Shown one piece after another: positions 11,296 through 21,702 of a DNA stretch of 64,000 nucleotides. The stretch's first letter is position 1; every line of letters starts with the position of its first letter. The notes under the pieces are model-generated. The model was given only the letters and a program-made list of their open reading frames with translations, searched no databases and was not told where the DNA came from. The stretch is from positions 282,242 through 346,241 of the forward strand of contig CAWHXW010000003.1 of the NCBI GenBank assembly GCA_963833465.1, read 5' to 3'. The DNA comes from Ignavibacteriota bacterium (lineage in GTDB: Bacteria; Bacteroidota; Ignavibacteria; UBA10030). The translations under genes were made by a program, and so were the position numbers.

Positions 11296-12424
11296 TTGAA
11301 CGCTTTTATTTTTGAACGCAGTGAACTTGAACATCTGATTCAGATTCTTAAACAATGTGGTTATAAAGTCATTGGTCCAATCATGCGTGATAGTGCAATC
11401 ATTTATGACGAATTGGAAAATTCCAACGATCTTCCTGTGGGCTGGACGGACGAACAAACAAATGGAAAATATAAATTAAAAAATCGCAATGATGCTGCTG
11501 TATTTGGTTGGGCAGTCGGGCCGCAATCTTGGAAAAAATTTCTTTTTCCACCAATTCAAAAGATCTTTGCGACCCATAAGAGTACTGAAAGGGACCGATT
11601 TACAAAATCAGAAGAAACAAACACAACAAGAACCAACATCAACAAAATATGCATTCTTTGGTGTTCGTCCTTGCGATTTGAACGCAATCAATATACAAGA
11701 TAAAGTATTTCTCGGCGGGCCTTTTATCGATCCGATCTATGAACAAAAACGTGCCGGAAATTTTGTTGTGACAGTAAATTGCGGACAAGCTGGCGGAACA
11801 TGTTTTTGTGCATCAATGGGTACAGGACCCAAAGCAGTTAAAGGATTTGATCTTGCGCTAACTGAAGTCCTGAACGGAAAACGACATTACTTTATCGCAG
11901 AAGTCGGAACAAAATTAGGTGAAGATGTTCTAAAGAAATTGAAGTGTATAATAGCAACCGATGAAAATCTTGTTGTTGCAAATGAAATACATGAGAAGAC
12001 ATTGAAACAAATGGGACGTTCGCTTGATACGTCTAATCTAAAAAATATTCTTTATCAAAATTCTGAACACCCCCGATGGGAACGAACCGCTGCGCGGTGT
12101 CTTACTTGTGCAAATTGCACGATGGTTTGTCCAACCTGTTTCTGTTTTACAATAGAAGATGAAACAGATTTTACAGGCAAGCAAGTAGAACGTATACGAA
12201 AATGGGATTCTTGCTTCACGCTTGATTTTTCATATATTCACGGCGGAAGTGTACGCGCTTCTGCAAAAGCTCGTTACCGCCAATGGGTAATGCATAAGCT
12301 AGCATCATGGGTAGATCAATTTGGAACATTTGGTTGTGTTGGATGTGGACGCTGTATTACATGGTGCCCGGTTGGGATCGATATCACAGAGGAAGCACGT
12401 GCAATTCGCGAAAATCAGTCATGA
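11296..12424 (+). CDS. hydB: Group 3b NiFe-hydrogenase beta subunit (HydB/AsrA-like 4Fe-4S protein), interrupted by a frame shift near 11575-11600
   Basis: The N-terminal part (TTG start, LPVGWTDEQ...WKKFLFPP) and the body ([12 protein letters not shown]...CxxCxxCxxxCPTCFC...[12 protein letters not shown]) lie in adjacent frames. Deleting one C in gaCCCat gives ...[14 protein letters not shown]... Confidence 0.7.
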
Positions 12425-12452
12425 GCTATTATATTAATTAAGGAAAAATGCT

Positions 12453-12914
12453 ATGGAAGACCTAAAAAATATTCTTGCAGAGCATCCGTTCTTCAAAGAA
12501 TTAAATGAAGAATATTTTGCACTCGTTGTTGGATGTGCATCTAACATGCGTGTAGACGCTGGCAAGATGATTCTCCGTGAAGGTGAAGAAGCAAATCATT
12601 TCTATCTCATCCGATCAGGAAAAGTAACGCTCCAAATTATGACGCCAAACAAAGGCCCGCTAATTATTGAAACACTCCATGAAGGTGATATTCTCGGTTG
12701 GTCTTGGCTTGTACCGCCGTATACTTGGCATTTTGAAGCAAAAGCAATCGAGCTTACTCGTATGATTGCTCTTGATGGCAAATGTTTAAGAAATAAGTGT
12801 GAAAACGATCACAACCTTGGTTACGAATTACTCAAACGCTTTGCAGATATAATGGTAAAGCGACTTGAATCTACACGCTTACAACTTTTGGATATTTATG
12901 GTGATCGATCCTGA
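12453..12914 (+). CDS. Stand-alone cyclic-nucleotide-binding (cNMP/Crp-effector-like) domain protein, no DNA-binding domain
   Basis: 153 aa. Beta-roll signature ([17 protein letters not shown]...[10 protein letters not shown]). It sits between hydB and hydG. Confidence 0.7.
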   Translation: MEDLKNILAEHPFFKELNEEYFALVVGCASNMRVDAGKMILREGEEANHFYLIRSGKVTLQIMTPNKGPLIIETLHEGDILGWSWLVPPYTWHFEAKAIELTRMIALDGKCLRNKCENDHNLGYELLKRFADIMVKRLESTRLQLLDIYGDRS

Positions 12915-12951
12915 ATTAAAATCAGTCAAAGTAGATTACAGACGGAATTCA

Positions 12952-13767
12952 ATGCTTTCAAGACCGTTTCAAATACAGCGGGTGAAACATGAAACAGAAG
13001 ATACTTTCACAATTGAATTAAAACCTGTAGCTGATTTGGAAGAGTTTGCATTTCAGCCAGGACAGTTCAACATGATATATGTGTATGGTGTTGGTGAAAT
13101 TCCAATTTCGATTAGCGGTGATCCAGCAAACTCGCGTATGCTTGTACATACAACACGCGCTATTGGCACTGTGACTAAAGCAATGGATAAAATGCGTCGA
13201 GGAGATATTTTAGGAATTCGTGGTCCTTACGGAAAACCTTGGCCGTTAGATAAAGCAAACGGATTGGATGTTGTCTTTATTGCAGGCGGTATTGGATTGG
13301 CTCCATTGCGTCCAGCGCTGTACGAGGTCGTTGCACACCGCGATCAATACGGAAAAGTTGTTTTGCTATATGGAACACGTTCACCGTTGGATGTTCTATT
13401 CCGTCAGGAATTAGAAAACTGGCGTGCACGTTTTGATCTAGAAATTTATGTTACGGTTGATCGGGCAATGAGCGGCTGGCGCGGTAATGTTGGAGTAGTA
13501 ACGAATCTTATCTCACGGGCGCCGTTTAATCCGCGAAATACTATGGCGTTCGTCTGCGGCCCGGAAATTATGATGCGATTTACAGCAATGGAATTACATA
13601 AGCGTGGCGTAGAGAACGAACATATTTTTGTTTCATTAGAACGTAATATGAAATGCGCGATCGGCTTATGCGGACATTGTCAGTTTGGGTCTGTCTTTGT
13701 CTGTAAAGATGGACCAGTATTCCAGTATAGCAAAATCAAAGATATGCTTGTGAAATGGGAAATTTAA
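12952..13767 (+). CDS. hydG: Group 3b hydrogenase gamma subunit (FAD/NAD(P)-binding, 2Fe-2S; HydG/AsrB-like)
   Basis: Similarity to Pyrococcus HydG (recalled from memory, not an alignment). C-terminal [12 protein letters not shown]...CKDGPVF cluster motif. The start is placed at the internal ATG ([11 protein letters not shown]), which aligns with the HydG N-terminus. Confidence 0.75.
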   Translation: MLSRPFQIQRVKHETEDTFTIELKPVADLEEFAFQPGQFNMIYVYGVGEIPISISGDPANSRMLVHTTRAIGTVTKAMDKMRRGDILGIRGPYGKPWPLDKANGLDVVFIAGGIGLAPLRPALYEVVAHRDQYGKVVLLYGTRSPLDVLFRQELENWRARFDLEIYVTVDRAMSGWRGNVGVVTNLISRAPFNPRNTMAFVCGPEIMMRFTAMELHKRGVENEHIFVSLERNMKCAIGLCGHCQFGSVFVCKDGPVFQYSKIKDMLVKWEI

Positions 13768-13772
13768 AGAAC

Positions 13773-14597
13773 ATGAAAATGTCAGCTAAAAAGACGAAGG
13801 CTCAAAAAAAGATGTCTGTCAAACTTCCTCGCAAATCCAAACTTGCTGTGTGGAAATTTTCATCTTGCGACGGGTGTCAATTAAGTCTGCTCGATTGTGA
13901 AGACGAATTTTTTACTATCACTGAGCATATTGAGATTGCTAACTTTCTTGAAGCATCGCGTGCAGTCTCGAAAGGTCCTTACGACATATCGTTGGTGGAA
14001 GGCTCTATTACCACACCACATGATGCCGAACGTGTACACCAAGTGCGGAGGCAATCGAAAGTTCTAATTACTATTGGAGCTTGCGCTACTGCCGGGGGCA
14101 TTCAAGCACTGCGTAATTTCAAAGACATAAAGCAATTCATCTCGGTAGTGTATGCTAATCCAAAATATATCGAGACGCTAAACAAATCTACACCGATTGC
14201 CGACCACGTCTTTGTTGATTTCGAATTACGCGGCTGTCCAATCAACAAACGTCAATTATTGGAAGTTATAAATGCTTATCTCAACGGCCGCAAACCAAAT
14301 ATACCTGCATATGCTGTCTGTATCGAATGTAAGCGGCGTGGTATTACTTGTGGTCTTGTGGCGCACGGCCCAACATGTCTTGGCCCAGTTACACAAGCAG
14401 GTTGTAATGCATTATGCCCATCATACCACCGTGGCTGTTATGGTTGTTTTGGACCAAAAGAAACACCGAACACTTCTTCACTTAGTACATATTGGAATTC
14501 ACTCGGAGTGAAGGAAGATGAACTGATGCGATTGTTCCGTGGACTAAACGCTTACGCTGAAGCATTCCGAAAAGAAAGCGAAGCACATGAAAAGTAA
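13773..14597 (+). CDS. hydD: Group 3b NiFe-hydrogenase small (delta) subunit
   Basis: [11 protein letters not shown] proximal-cluster motif and the GCPI / [15 protein letters not shown] motifs. Start is uncertain (ATGs at 13755, 13773, 13779 and 13812). Confidence 0.75.
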   Translation: MKMSAKKTKAQKKMSVKLPRKSKLAVWKFSSCDGCQLSLLDCEDEFFTITEHIEIANFLEASRAVSKGPYDISLVEGSITTPHDAERVHQVRRQSKVLITIGACATAGGIQALRNFKDIKQFISVVYANPKYIETLNKSTPIADHVFVDFELRGCPINKRQLLEVINAYLNGRKPNIPAYAVCIECKRRGITCGLVAHGPTCLGPVTQAGCNALCPSYHRGCYGCFGPKETPNTSSLSTYWNSLGVKEDELMRLFRGLNAYAEAFRKESEAHEK

Positions 14598-15882
14598 AAC
14601 GATAAAAGTTGATTATCTTGCTCGTGTGGAAGGCGAGGGCGGATTGTTAGTAAAAGTCATCGGTAACAAAGTTGCAGACGTTAAGTTTAATATTTTTGAA
14701 CCACCACGGTTCTTTGAGGCATTTCTCCGCGGCAGACATTACAGCGAGGCACCGGATATTACCGCGCGTATCTGCGGTATTTGTCCCGTTGCGTATCAAA
14801 TGAGTTCTGTTCATGCGATGGAAAACGCGTTTGGTGTTACGCTAGATGGGCAGCTCCGTGCGCTGCGTCGATTGTTGTACTGTGGTGAGTGGATTGAAAG
14901 TCACGCACTCCACATTTTTATATTGCACGCACCAGATTTTCTTGGCTACGCTGATGTGATTCAAATGGCAAAAGATCACAGCTCTGTTGTCCAAATGGCA
15001 TTAAGGATAAAGAAAATTGGCAATGATATTGTTAATATTATTGGCGGAAGAGAAATCCATCCAATCAATGTCCGTGTTGGCGGCTTTTACAAATTGCCGA
15101 CAAAACAGGAACTTGAAAAATTAGTTGAACCGTTAAAGTGGGCAGTCGATTCATCTATTAAAACAGTAAAATTTGTGGCTAAACTTTCTTTTCCAGATTT
15201 TGAACGCTCATACGAATATGTTGCATTGCACCACGAACAAGAGTATCCATTTAATGATGGGCGGTTAATTTCTAATAAAGGATTGAATATCGAAATTAAC
15301 AGTTATGAAAATTATTTTATCGAAGAACAAGTCTCACACTCCAACGCACTTCACTCTATGTTAAAAGAACGTGGTGCGTATTGCGTAGGACCAATAGCGC
15401 GCTATAATTTGAACTTCGATAAGCTTACGCTTACTGCACAGGATGCAGCAAAGTCGGCAGGTATCGAAAAGGGAACGAATAATCCGTTCAAGAGCATAAT
15501 TGTTAGATCTGTGGAGATGCTTTATGCATGCGAAGAAGCGCTGCGCATTATAAAAGAGTATGAAATGCCGGAGAAAGCAGCGGTAAATATTCAACCGAAA
15601 ATCGGAACTGGATACGGGTGCACTGAAGCACCGCGAGGTATTCTTTTTCACCGATATCGTTTAGATGAACAGGGAATTATTCTGGATGCTAAGATTGTTC
15701 CGCCAACATCACAGAATCAGAAAACCATTGAGCAAGATTTATATGAATTCATTCCACCGCGGTTGCATCTTTCACGCGAAAAACTTACATGGCAATGTGA
15801 ACAGGCTATCCGTAATTATGATCCGTGTATTTCTTGTGCAACTCACTTTGTGAAGCTTGAAATTGTAGATAAACAAATATAG
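14587..15882 (+). CDS. hydA: Group 3b NiFe-hydrogenase large (alpha) subunit
   Basis: N-terminal [10 protein letters not shown] (L1) motif and C-terminal DPCISCATH (L2) motif. 431 aa. Confidence 0.85.
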   Translation: MKSKTIKVDYLARVEGEGGLLVKVIGNKVADVKFNIFEPPRFFEAFLRGRHYSEAPDITARICGICPVAYQMSSVHAMENAFGVTLDGQLRALRRLLYCGEWIESHALHIFILHAPDFLGYADVIQMAKDHSSVVQMALRIKKIGNDIVNIIGGREIHPINVRVGGFYKLPTKQELEKLVEPLKWAVDSSIKTVKFVAKLSFPDFERSYEYVALHHEQEYPFNDGRLISNKGLNIEINSYENYFIEEQVSHSNALHSMLKERGAYCVGPIARYNLNFDKLTLTAQDAAKSAGIEKGTNNPFKSIIVRSVEMLYACEEALRIIKEYEMPEKAAVNIQPKIGTGYGCTEAPRGILFHRYRLDEQGIILDAKIVPPTSQNQKTIEQDLYEFIPPRLHLSREKLTWQCEQAIRNYDPCISCATHFVKLEIVDKQI

Positions 15883-15891
15883 TGATGTTCG

Positions 15892-16413
15892 ATGGTAATA
15901 AAATTTTTTCGAGTGATTTTAGGTCGTAAATGTGCAATAGTGAAGGAGATAAATGCAATCAAATGGCTTCTCATTGGTATCGGTAACGAATATCGAAATG
16001 ATGATGGTGTCGGGCTCCTGATTGCGCGGGAGATTTGTAAGAAAAATCTTACATCAGTAACTGTAAAAGAAGTTTCCGGCGAAGGTGCTGAATTAATAGA
16101 AGCATGGCAAGGATTTAATAATGTTATTATTGTAGATGCGGTTTCATCTGGCGCAAAATTAGGAATGATTTTTAAAATTGATGCAATTAACGAAATTGTA
16201 CAGACCAAATTTTTTCATTATTCATCTCATGCATTCAGTGTCGCTGAAGCGATAAAGTTAGCAAAGGAAATGAAAATGTTGCCCCCAAGATTATTACTAT
16301 ATGGAATTGAAGGATCAAATTTTAAAGCAGGATTAGAAATATCGCACACTGTGCAGGAGTCAGCAAAACAAATTATTGAACAGATTTTGAATGAAATAGA
16401 AATAAATTATTAG
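15892..16413 (+). CDS. Hydrogenase maturation endopeptidase (HycI/HoxW family)
   Basis: LLIGIGNEYRNDDGVG...IIVDAV motifs. Start is uncertain (possibly GTG at ~15942). Confidence 0.7.
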   Translation: MVIKFFRVILGRKCAIVKEINAIKWLLIGIGNEYRNDDGVGLLIAREICKKNLTSVTVKEVSGEGAELIEAWQGFNNVIIVDAVSSGAKLGMIFKIDAINEIVQTKFFHYSSHAFSVAEAIKLAKEMKMLPPRLLLYGIEGSNFKAGLEISHTVQESAKQIIEQILNEIEINY

Positions 16414-16496
16414 TAAATTAAATATTCTGATTATTAATGGTTGTATGTATTATATCAAGTGATGTTACGGAACACTTTTTGCTCAAGGAGAAATGA

Positions 16497-17138
16497 ATGC
16501 GATTAAACTTTCCACTTTTTTCTCGCTCGGACGAATCTATTAAAATCGAGTCGACGAAAAAAGTATACCGACGTATCAAGTTTGAGGCTGAGCTTGATCA
16601 TGGCTTTGGCGAACATATTGCCGAGAAGGCATATGGACAAAAACTATTAGGTTGCATCCAATGCGGCACATGTAGCGCAACCTGTCCTCTTTCACATTAT
16701 ATGGATTATACACCGCGTAAAGTTATAGCAATGACGCGCGAGGGATTTAAAGAAGAAGTACTGAATTCGCTCACAATCTGGCTTTGTTCGTCATGTTATT
16801 CATGCACAGTAGAATGTCCACGGCAAATCCATATCACTGAGATTATGTATGCGCTTAAGCGTGAAGCACTTCAATTAGGTTTTCATCCGAAACGCCTGCC
16901 GATTCCTGTTTTCGCAAAAGAATTTTACAAGCGCGTGTTGAAAGATGGACGCAATACTGAAAGTTGGCTGCTTGTCAGCTTATATTTACGTACTAATCCA
17001 TTTGCTATGCTTAAAGAAGCAGTGATGGGACTAAAGTTGTTTTTCAGAGGCCGTCTCACCATTGGCAGAGAGCGGATAAAGGGACGTAGTCAACTTCATG
17101 CAATTCTAGGAAACACAAAGGGAGGATCGGTGTTATGA
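16497..17138 (+). CDS. hdrC: Heterodisulfide reductase subunit C-like 4Fe-4S protein
   Basis: Two CxxCxxCxxxCP motifs (CIQCGTCSATCP, CSSCYSCTVECP). Confidence 0.75.
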   Translation: MRLNFPLFSRSDESIKIESTKKVYRRIKFEAELDHGFGEHIAEKAYGQKLLGCIQCGTCSATCPLSHYMDYTPRKVIAMTREGFKEEVLNSLTIWLCSSCYSCTVECPRQIHITEIMYALKREALQLGFHPKRLPIPVFAKEFYKRVLKDGRNTESWLLVSLYLRTNPFAMLKEAVMGLKLFFRGRLTIGRERIKGRSQLHAILGNTKGGSVL

Positions 17139-18034
17139 AATATCTCTATTATCCTGGCTGTTCTTTGCGAAGTACAGGGCGAGCATACGATGAATCACTT
17201 CTCGCTGTTTTTAAAAAATTAGAAATTCAATTGGAAGAAATAAACGACTGGAATTGCTGTGGTGCAACGTCATATTTTGCAATAGATGAAATAGATGCAT
17301 TTGCACTTGCTGCACGTAATCTTGCTTTAGCTGAAAAACAATCTTCTGAAGAAACAGTTAATATAATTGCACCATGCAGTGCATGCTATCTTGGTCTTCT
17401 TAAGACTGAGCGTTTTCTCGAGGATGTCCCGGATGTCAGCGCAAAGATCAATGCTAAATTGGGAAAAGCCGGACTTCATTATGATGGTCGTGTTAATGTA
17501 CGTCATCCGCTTGACGTGCTCGTGAATGATTATGGAATAGAAAAAATAAGTAAACGTGTTGAAATTCCTCTTAAAGGTGTCAAAGTCGCTTCATACTATG
17601 GATGTCAGGTTGTTAGGCCATATTCTACATTTGACAATGCTTATAATCCAGAAACGATGGAAAGACTTGTGAAAGCAATTGGTGCCGATCCCGTTGAATG
17701 GTCGCTAAAAACTCGATGTTGCGGAGGCAGTTTGACAGGGACAATTCAGGAAGCAGGATTGCGGCTTAATCGCTTTTTATTGAGAGATGCACAAGAAAAT
17801 GGAGCAGAGATTATACTTACATGTTGTCCTCTCTGCCAGCATAATATGGAATGTTATCAACCGCGAATAAATCGTATGTATGGAGAGGAAATAGACATTC
17901 CAGTAATGTACTTTACACAATTGATGGGTATTGCACTCGGGCTTTCGGAGAAAGAAATGAGTATACAGAGATTATTCAAGAAACCTTCGCTCAAGCGATT
18001 TACACAGAAAGGAGCGACGGCAAATGCATGGTAA
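17135..18034 (+). CDS. hdrB: Heterodisulfide reductase subunit B-like (two CCG domains)
   Basis: MKYLYYPGCSL N-terminus and the CCG motifs (NCCGAT..., CCGGSL...). The start overlaps the hdrC stop. Confidence 0.75.
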   Translation: MKYLYYPGCSLRSTGRAYDESLLAVFKKLEIQLEEINDWNCCGATSYFAIDEIDAFALAARNLALAEKQSSEETVNIIAPCSACYLGLLKTERFLEDVPDVSAKINAKLGKAGLHYDGRVNVRHPLDVLVNDYGIEKISKRVEIPLKGVKVASYYGCQVVRPYSTFDNAYNPETMERLVKAIGADPVEWSLKTRCCGGSLTGTIQEAGLRLNRFLLRDAQENGAEIILTCCPLCQHNMECYQPRINRMYGEEIDIPVMYFTQLMGIALGLSEKEMSIQRLFKKPSLKRFTQKGATANAW

Positions 18035-20036
18035 TGGACAAAACGGACCGATTCGTATTGGATTTTACGTCTGTCACTGCGGGCATAATATCGCAAGTAT
18101 TATAGATGTAATAGCGGTTGCGGATTATGTAAAGACATTGCCAGGAGTTACTGTTTCACGCGACTATAAATATATGTGCTCAGATCCGGGACAGGAACTT
18201 ATCCAGAAAGATATTAAGGAACATTCTCTTACGCGAATTGTTGTAGCTTCGTGTTCACCGCTGTTGCACGAACACACATTCCGCACAGCTGTAGAAAAAG
18301 GCGGTATTAATCCTTATTACTTTCAGATGGTAAATATCCGCGAAAACGATTCATGGGTACATACAGATAAAAATGCTGCGACAGAGAAAGCAAAGGATCT
18401 CGCGCGTGCTGCAGTGCAGCGTGTATTTCATCACAAAGCGCTTGAAACAAAGCATGTAAAAATTCATCCTGATGTGCTCGTTGTTGGAGGCGGCATTGCA
18501 GGAATTCATGCATCACTCACACTTGCAAATGCCGGCAAGAAAGTGTACCTCGTGGAAAAAGATCCAACAATCGGTGGCCATATGGCGATGTTTGATAAAA
18601 CATTCCCGACACTCGATTGTGCTGCTTGTATTCTTACACCAAAAATGTCTCAAGTAAAGAATCATCCGAATATTACACTGTGGACGTATTCGGAAGTTGA
18701 AAAAGTTGATGGTTATGTAGGCAACTACAAAATTTCCGTTAAAAGGAAACCGCGTTATATCAATGAAGAATTATGTGTCGGATGTATGGATTGCATTGAG
18801 AAGTGTGTCTATAAAGAAGGCAAGACACCGGATGAATTTAACGTAGGACTTAGCAAGAGAAAACCCGTTTATATTCCATTCCCACAAGCAACTCCACAAA
18901 TTGTACTTATTGATAGGGAAACTTGCATCGAATTCAAATCAGGACGTTGCAAAAAAACTTGTTTAGAAGTATGCGACCGTGAAGCAATAGATTTTACACA
19001 GAAGGAAGAAATAAAAGAAATAGAAGTTGGTACAATTATTCTTGCAACAGGGTACCAAACTTTCGATGCTAAGAGAACTCCATATTACGGCTATGGAAAA
19101 TATCCAAATGTTTATACTTCATTAGAAGTTGAACGCCTTGTCAACGCTTCCGGCCCGACTAGTGGTGAAGTAATTCTGCGCGATGGGAATCATCCGAAAT
19201 CAATTGGTATTATCCATTGTGTTGGCTCGCGTGATAAAAATACAAACCGTTGGTGTTCGCGCACATGTTGTATGTATTCTCTAAAACTGGCACATTTGCT
19301 GAAAGAACATACCGATGCTGAGGTTTATAATTTCTATATCGATATGCGTACACCAGGGAAAGGATACGAAGAATTTTACGATAAACTGCTCGAAGAAAAC
19401 GTACACTTTATTCGAGGTCGTGTAGCAGAAGTGACCGATTCTGCAGTTAGGCCTGATGAAGAAGGAAAACTTATAATCCGTGCAGAAGACACAATGATCG
19501 GCATTGTGCGGCGTGTACCAGTTGATATGGTTGTACTCTCTGTTGGAATGGAACCTCAAGCTGATTCGCAAGATGTTCGACGTATGTTTAATATATCATG
19601 TTCAACTGAAGGATTTTTCCTTGAACGTCATCCAAAACTTGCACCAGTGGATACTTTTACTGATGGTATCTTCATTGCTGGCGCTTGCCAGGGTCCAAAA
19701 GATATACCTGATAGTGTTGCACAAGCAGGTGCTGCCGCCGCTCAAGCACTTACATTGATTGATACCGGTGAGATTGAATTGGAACCGAATACTGCATTTG
19801 TTGTCCAAGATGAATGCTCGGGGTGCCGCACGTGTCTAACAATATGTCCTTACAATGCAATTTCTCGGGATGAAGCAAAGCAAAAGGCATTTATCAATGA
19901 AGCGCTTTGCAAAGGATGCGGAACGTGTGTTGCAGCGTGTCCTTCCGGTGCAATCAAGCAAAACTTATTTGATGATGAAATGATATTTAGTGAGATTGAT
20001 GGTTTATTGAAAATTGAACAGAACGCATGCTGTTAA
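18024..20036 (+). CDS. hdrA: Heterodisulfide reductase subunit A-like flavoprotein (FAD + multiple 4Fe-4S)
   Basis: FAD-binding VVGGGIAGIHASL and several ferredoxin CxxCxxCxxxCP motifs. 670 aa. Confidence 0.8.
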   Translation: MHGNGQNGPIRIGFYVCHCGHNIASIIDVIAVADYVKTLPGVTVSRDYKYMCSDPGQELIQKDIKEHSLTRIVVASCSPLLHEHTFRTAVEKGGINPYYFQMVNIRENDSWVHTDKNAATEKAKDLARAAVQRVFHHKALETKHVKIHPDVLVVGGGIAGIHASLTLANAGKKVYLVEKDPTIGGHMAMFDKTFPTLDCAACILTPKMSQVKNHPNITLWTYSEVEKVDGYVGNYKISVKRKPRYINEELCVGCMDCIEKCVYKEGKTPDEFNVGLSKRKPVYIPFPQATPQIVLIDRETCIEFKSGRCKKTCLEVCDREAIDFTQKEEIKEIEVGTIILATGYQTFDAKRTPYYGYGKYPNVYTSLEVERLVNASGPTSGEVILRDGNHPKSIGIIHCVGSRDKNTNRWCSRTCCMYSLKLAHLLKEHTDAEVYNFYIDMRTPGKGYEEFYDKLLEENVHFIRGRVAEVTDSAVRPDEEGKLIIRAEDTMIGIVRRVPVDMVVLSVGMEPQADSQDVRRMFNISCSTEGFFLERHPKLAPVDTFTDGIFIAGACQGPKDIPDSVAQAGAAAAQALTLIDTGEIELEPNTAFVVQDECSGCRTCLTICPYNAISRDEAKQKAFINEALCKGCGTCVAACPSGAIKQNLFDDEMIFSEIDGLLKIEQNACC

Positions 20037-20062
20037 ATGCGAACTTGGAGAAGAAAAAAAAT

Positions 20063-20578
20063 ATGTCAACAATAATTGAACAAGAAAAAAAAGTAAATAC
20101 ATGGGAACCGCGTATTGTTGCATTTTTCTGCAACTGGTGTACGTACACAGCAGCAGACCTTGCAGGCGTCTCGCGACTTCGTCACGCACCAAATTCACGC
20201 ATCATCCGTGTAATGTGCTCTGGCCGTGTTGATCCGCAATTCATTCTTGATGCTTTTTCCAAAGGGGCTGATGGTGTCCTCATCGGGGGCTGTCATCCCG
20301 GCGATTGTCATTATATGGAAGGAAATTACAAAGCACTCCGTAGAATGCAGTTTCTTAAACGAATGCTGAAAGATATGGGAATTGAAGAAAAAAGATTTCG
20401 CCTTGAATGGATATCCGCTTCAGAAGGAGAACGAGTAAAATTAGTCATTAATGAAATGACGGAGCAAGTGCGTGCGCTCGGTCCATTAGGATTGCCGAAA
20501 AAATTTGAAGAATGGGATAAAGAAATGGAATCACTTGAACTTGCTGTAAACGGGAAGGAGGAAGCTGTCCATGCCTGA
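20063..20578 (+). CDS. mvhD: Methyl-viologen-reducing hydrogenase delta subunit (MvhD/FlpD family)
   Basis: Conserved CNWC...CSGRVDP...GCHPGDCHY motifs. Start at the internal ATG with an A-rich RBS. Confidence 0.8.
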   Translation: MSTIIEQEKKVNTWEPRIVAFFCNWCTYTAADLAGVSRLRHAPNSRIIRVMCSGRVDPQFILDAFSKGADGVLIGGCHPGDCHYMEGNYKALRRMQFLKRMLKDMGIEEKRFRLEWISASEGERVKLVINEMTEQVRALGPLGLPKKFEEWDKEMESLELAVNGKEEAVHA

Positions 20579-21536
20579 TAAACCGAAAGTAGCTTTTTAC
20601 TGGTGCGCTTCCTGCGGCGGCTGTGAGGAATCAGTTGTAGATCTGGCAGAAAACATTCTTGATGTTATTGCGGCAGTGGATATCGTGATGTGGCCTGTTG
20701 CTATGGATTTCAAGAAAAAAGATGTTGAAGCGATGGACGATGGATCGATTCTGGTCTCGTTCGTTAATGGAGCAATACGAACGTCGGAACAAGAAGAAAT
20801 GGCGAAGTTGATGCGGAAGAAAAGCAAGCTTATCATTGCTTACGGTTCTTGCGCGCATATGGGAGGTATTCCCGGTCTCGCTAATCAATTTCAACGTGAA
20901 GAAATTCTTAAATATATTTTTGAAGAATCACCTTCTACAGTAAATCCGGAAAAGACACGTCCTGAAGTTAAAGTTATAACAAACGGAAGTGCTGTCACGC
21001 TTCCGAATTTCTTTCATGTCGTCCGCGCGCTCGATCAGGTAATTGATGTCGATTATTATTTACCAGGTTGTCCGCCGACTCCGAAATTACTTAAGCAAGC
21101 CGTCGAAGCACTCCTTTCTGGAAAGCTGCCTGAAAAAGGCGCAGTGCTCGCACCTGATATTGCACTCTGCGATGAATGCCCGAAAAAAGACACAAAGCCC
21201 AACGATTTGAAATATAAAGATTTCAAACGTCCGCATATGACACAAATAGATCCGAATACTTGTTTATTAGCGCAAGGTATTGTCTGTATGGGGCCGGCAA
21301 CACGCGGCGGCTGTGAAGGTGTCTGTATTTCCGGTAATATGCCGTGCACAGGATGCTTCGGACCGACCTCGCATGTGAAAGACCAGGGAGCAAAAATTCT
21401 TTCTGCTCTTGCATCGCAAGTAGAAGCAAAAGAAGAAAAAGAGATTGACGAAACACTTGCAGCCATTCCAGATCCGATTGGAACATTTTATAGGTATGGT
21501 TTGCCAGTATCGCTTTTGAGAAGAAAGAATTTTTAA
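20571..21536 (+). CDS. mvhG: Group 3c NiFe-hydrogenase small subunit (MvhG)
   Basis: N-terminal FYWCASCGGCEES proximal-cluster motif and C-terminal Cys-rich region. Confidence 0.8.
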   Translation: MPDKPKVAFYWCASCGGCEESVVDLAENILDVIAAVDIVMWPVAMDFKKKDVEAMDDGSILVSFVNGAIRTSEQEEMAKLMRKKSKLIIAYGSCAHMGGIPGLANQFQREEILKYIFEESPSTVNPEKTRPEVKVITNGSAVTLPNFFHVVRALDQVIDVDYYLPGCPPTPKLLKQAVEALLSGKLPEKGAVLAPDIALCDECPKKDTKPNDLKYKDFKRPHMTQIDPNTCLLAQGIVCMGPATRGGCEGVCISGNMPCTGCFGPTSHVKDQGAKILSALASQVEAKEEKEIDETLAAIPDPIGTFYRYGLPVSLLRRKNF

Positions 21537-21702
21537 ATGATGTTTCTTAGAAAAACGATAGAAGAATTATTTTCATCGAAATGTAAAAAGGATAAAAAAC
21601 TCAGTATATCAATTAATAAAATCACGCAGTTACAATGTTTATAGATTCTGAGTTGGAATGCGGTAACAATTATCTATGTAAACAGATTGATTAGAACAAG
21701 GA

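Noticed and set aside
16468-16483. Sigma-54-like motif cGGaAC-acttt-TTGCt upstream of hdrC
   Set aside because: The GG/GC spacing is correct, but the -12 element ends only ~14 nt before the hdrC ATG and overlaps the RBS (aaggag). That would give an essentially leaderless transcript. Kept only as a weak possibility.
21537-21644. A 35-codon ORF (MMFLRKTIEELFSSKCKKDKKLSISINKITQLQCL) in the mvhG-mvhA spacer as a real micro-protein
   Set aside because: It starts 1 nt after the mvhG stop with no RBS. Lys-rich low-complexity composition is typical of AT-rich spacers. Mentioned only inside the Hdr-Mvh finding.
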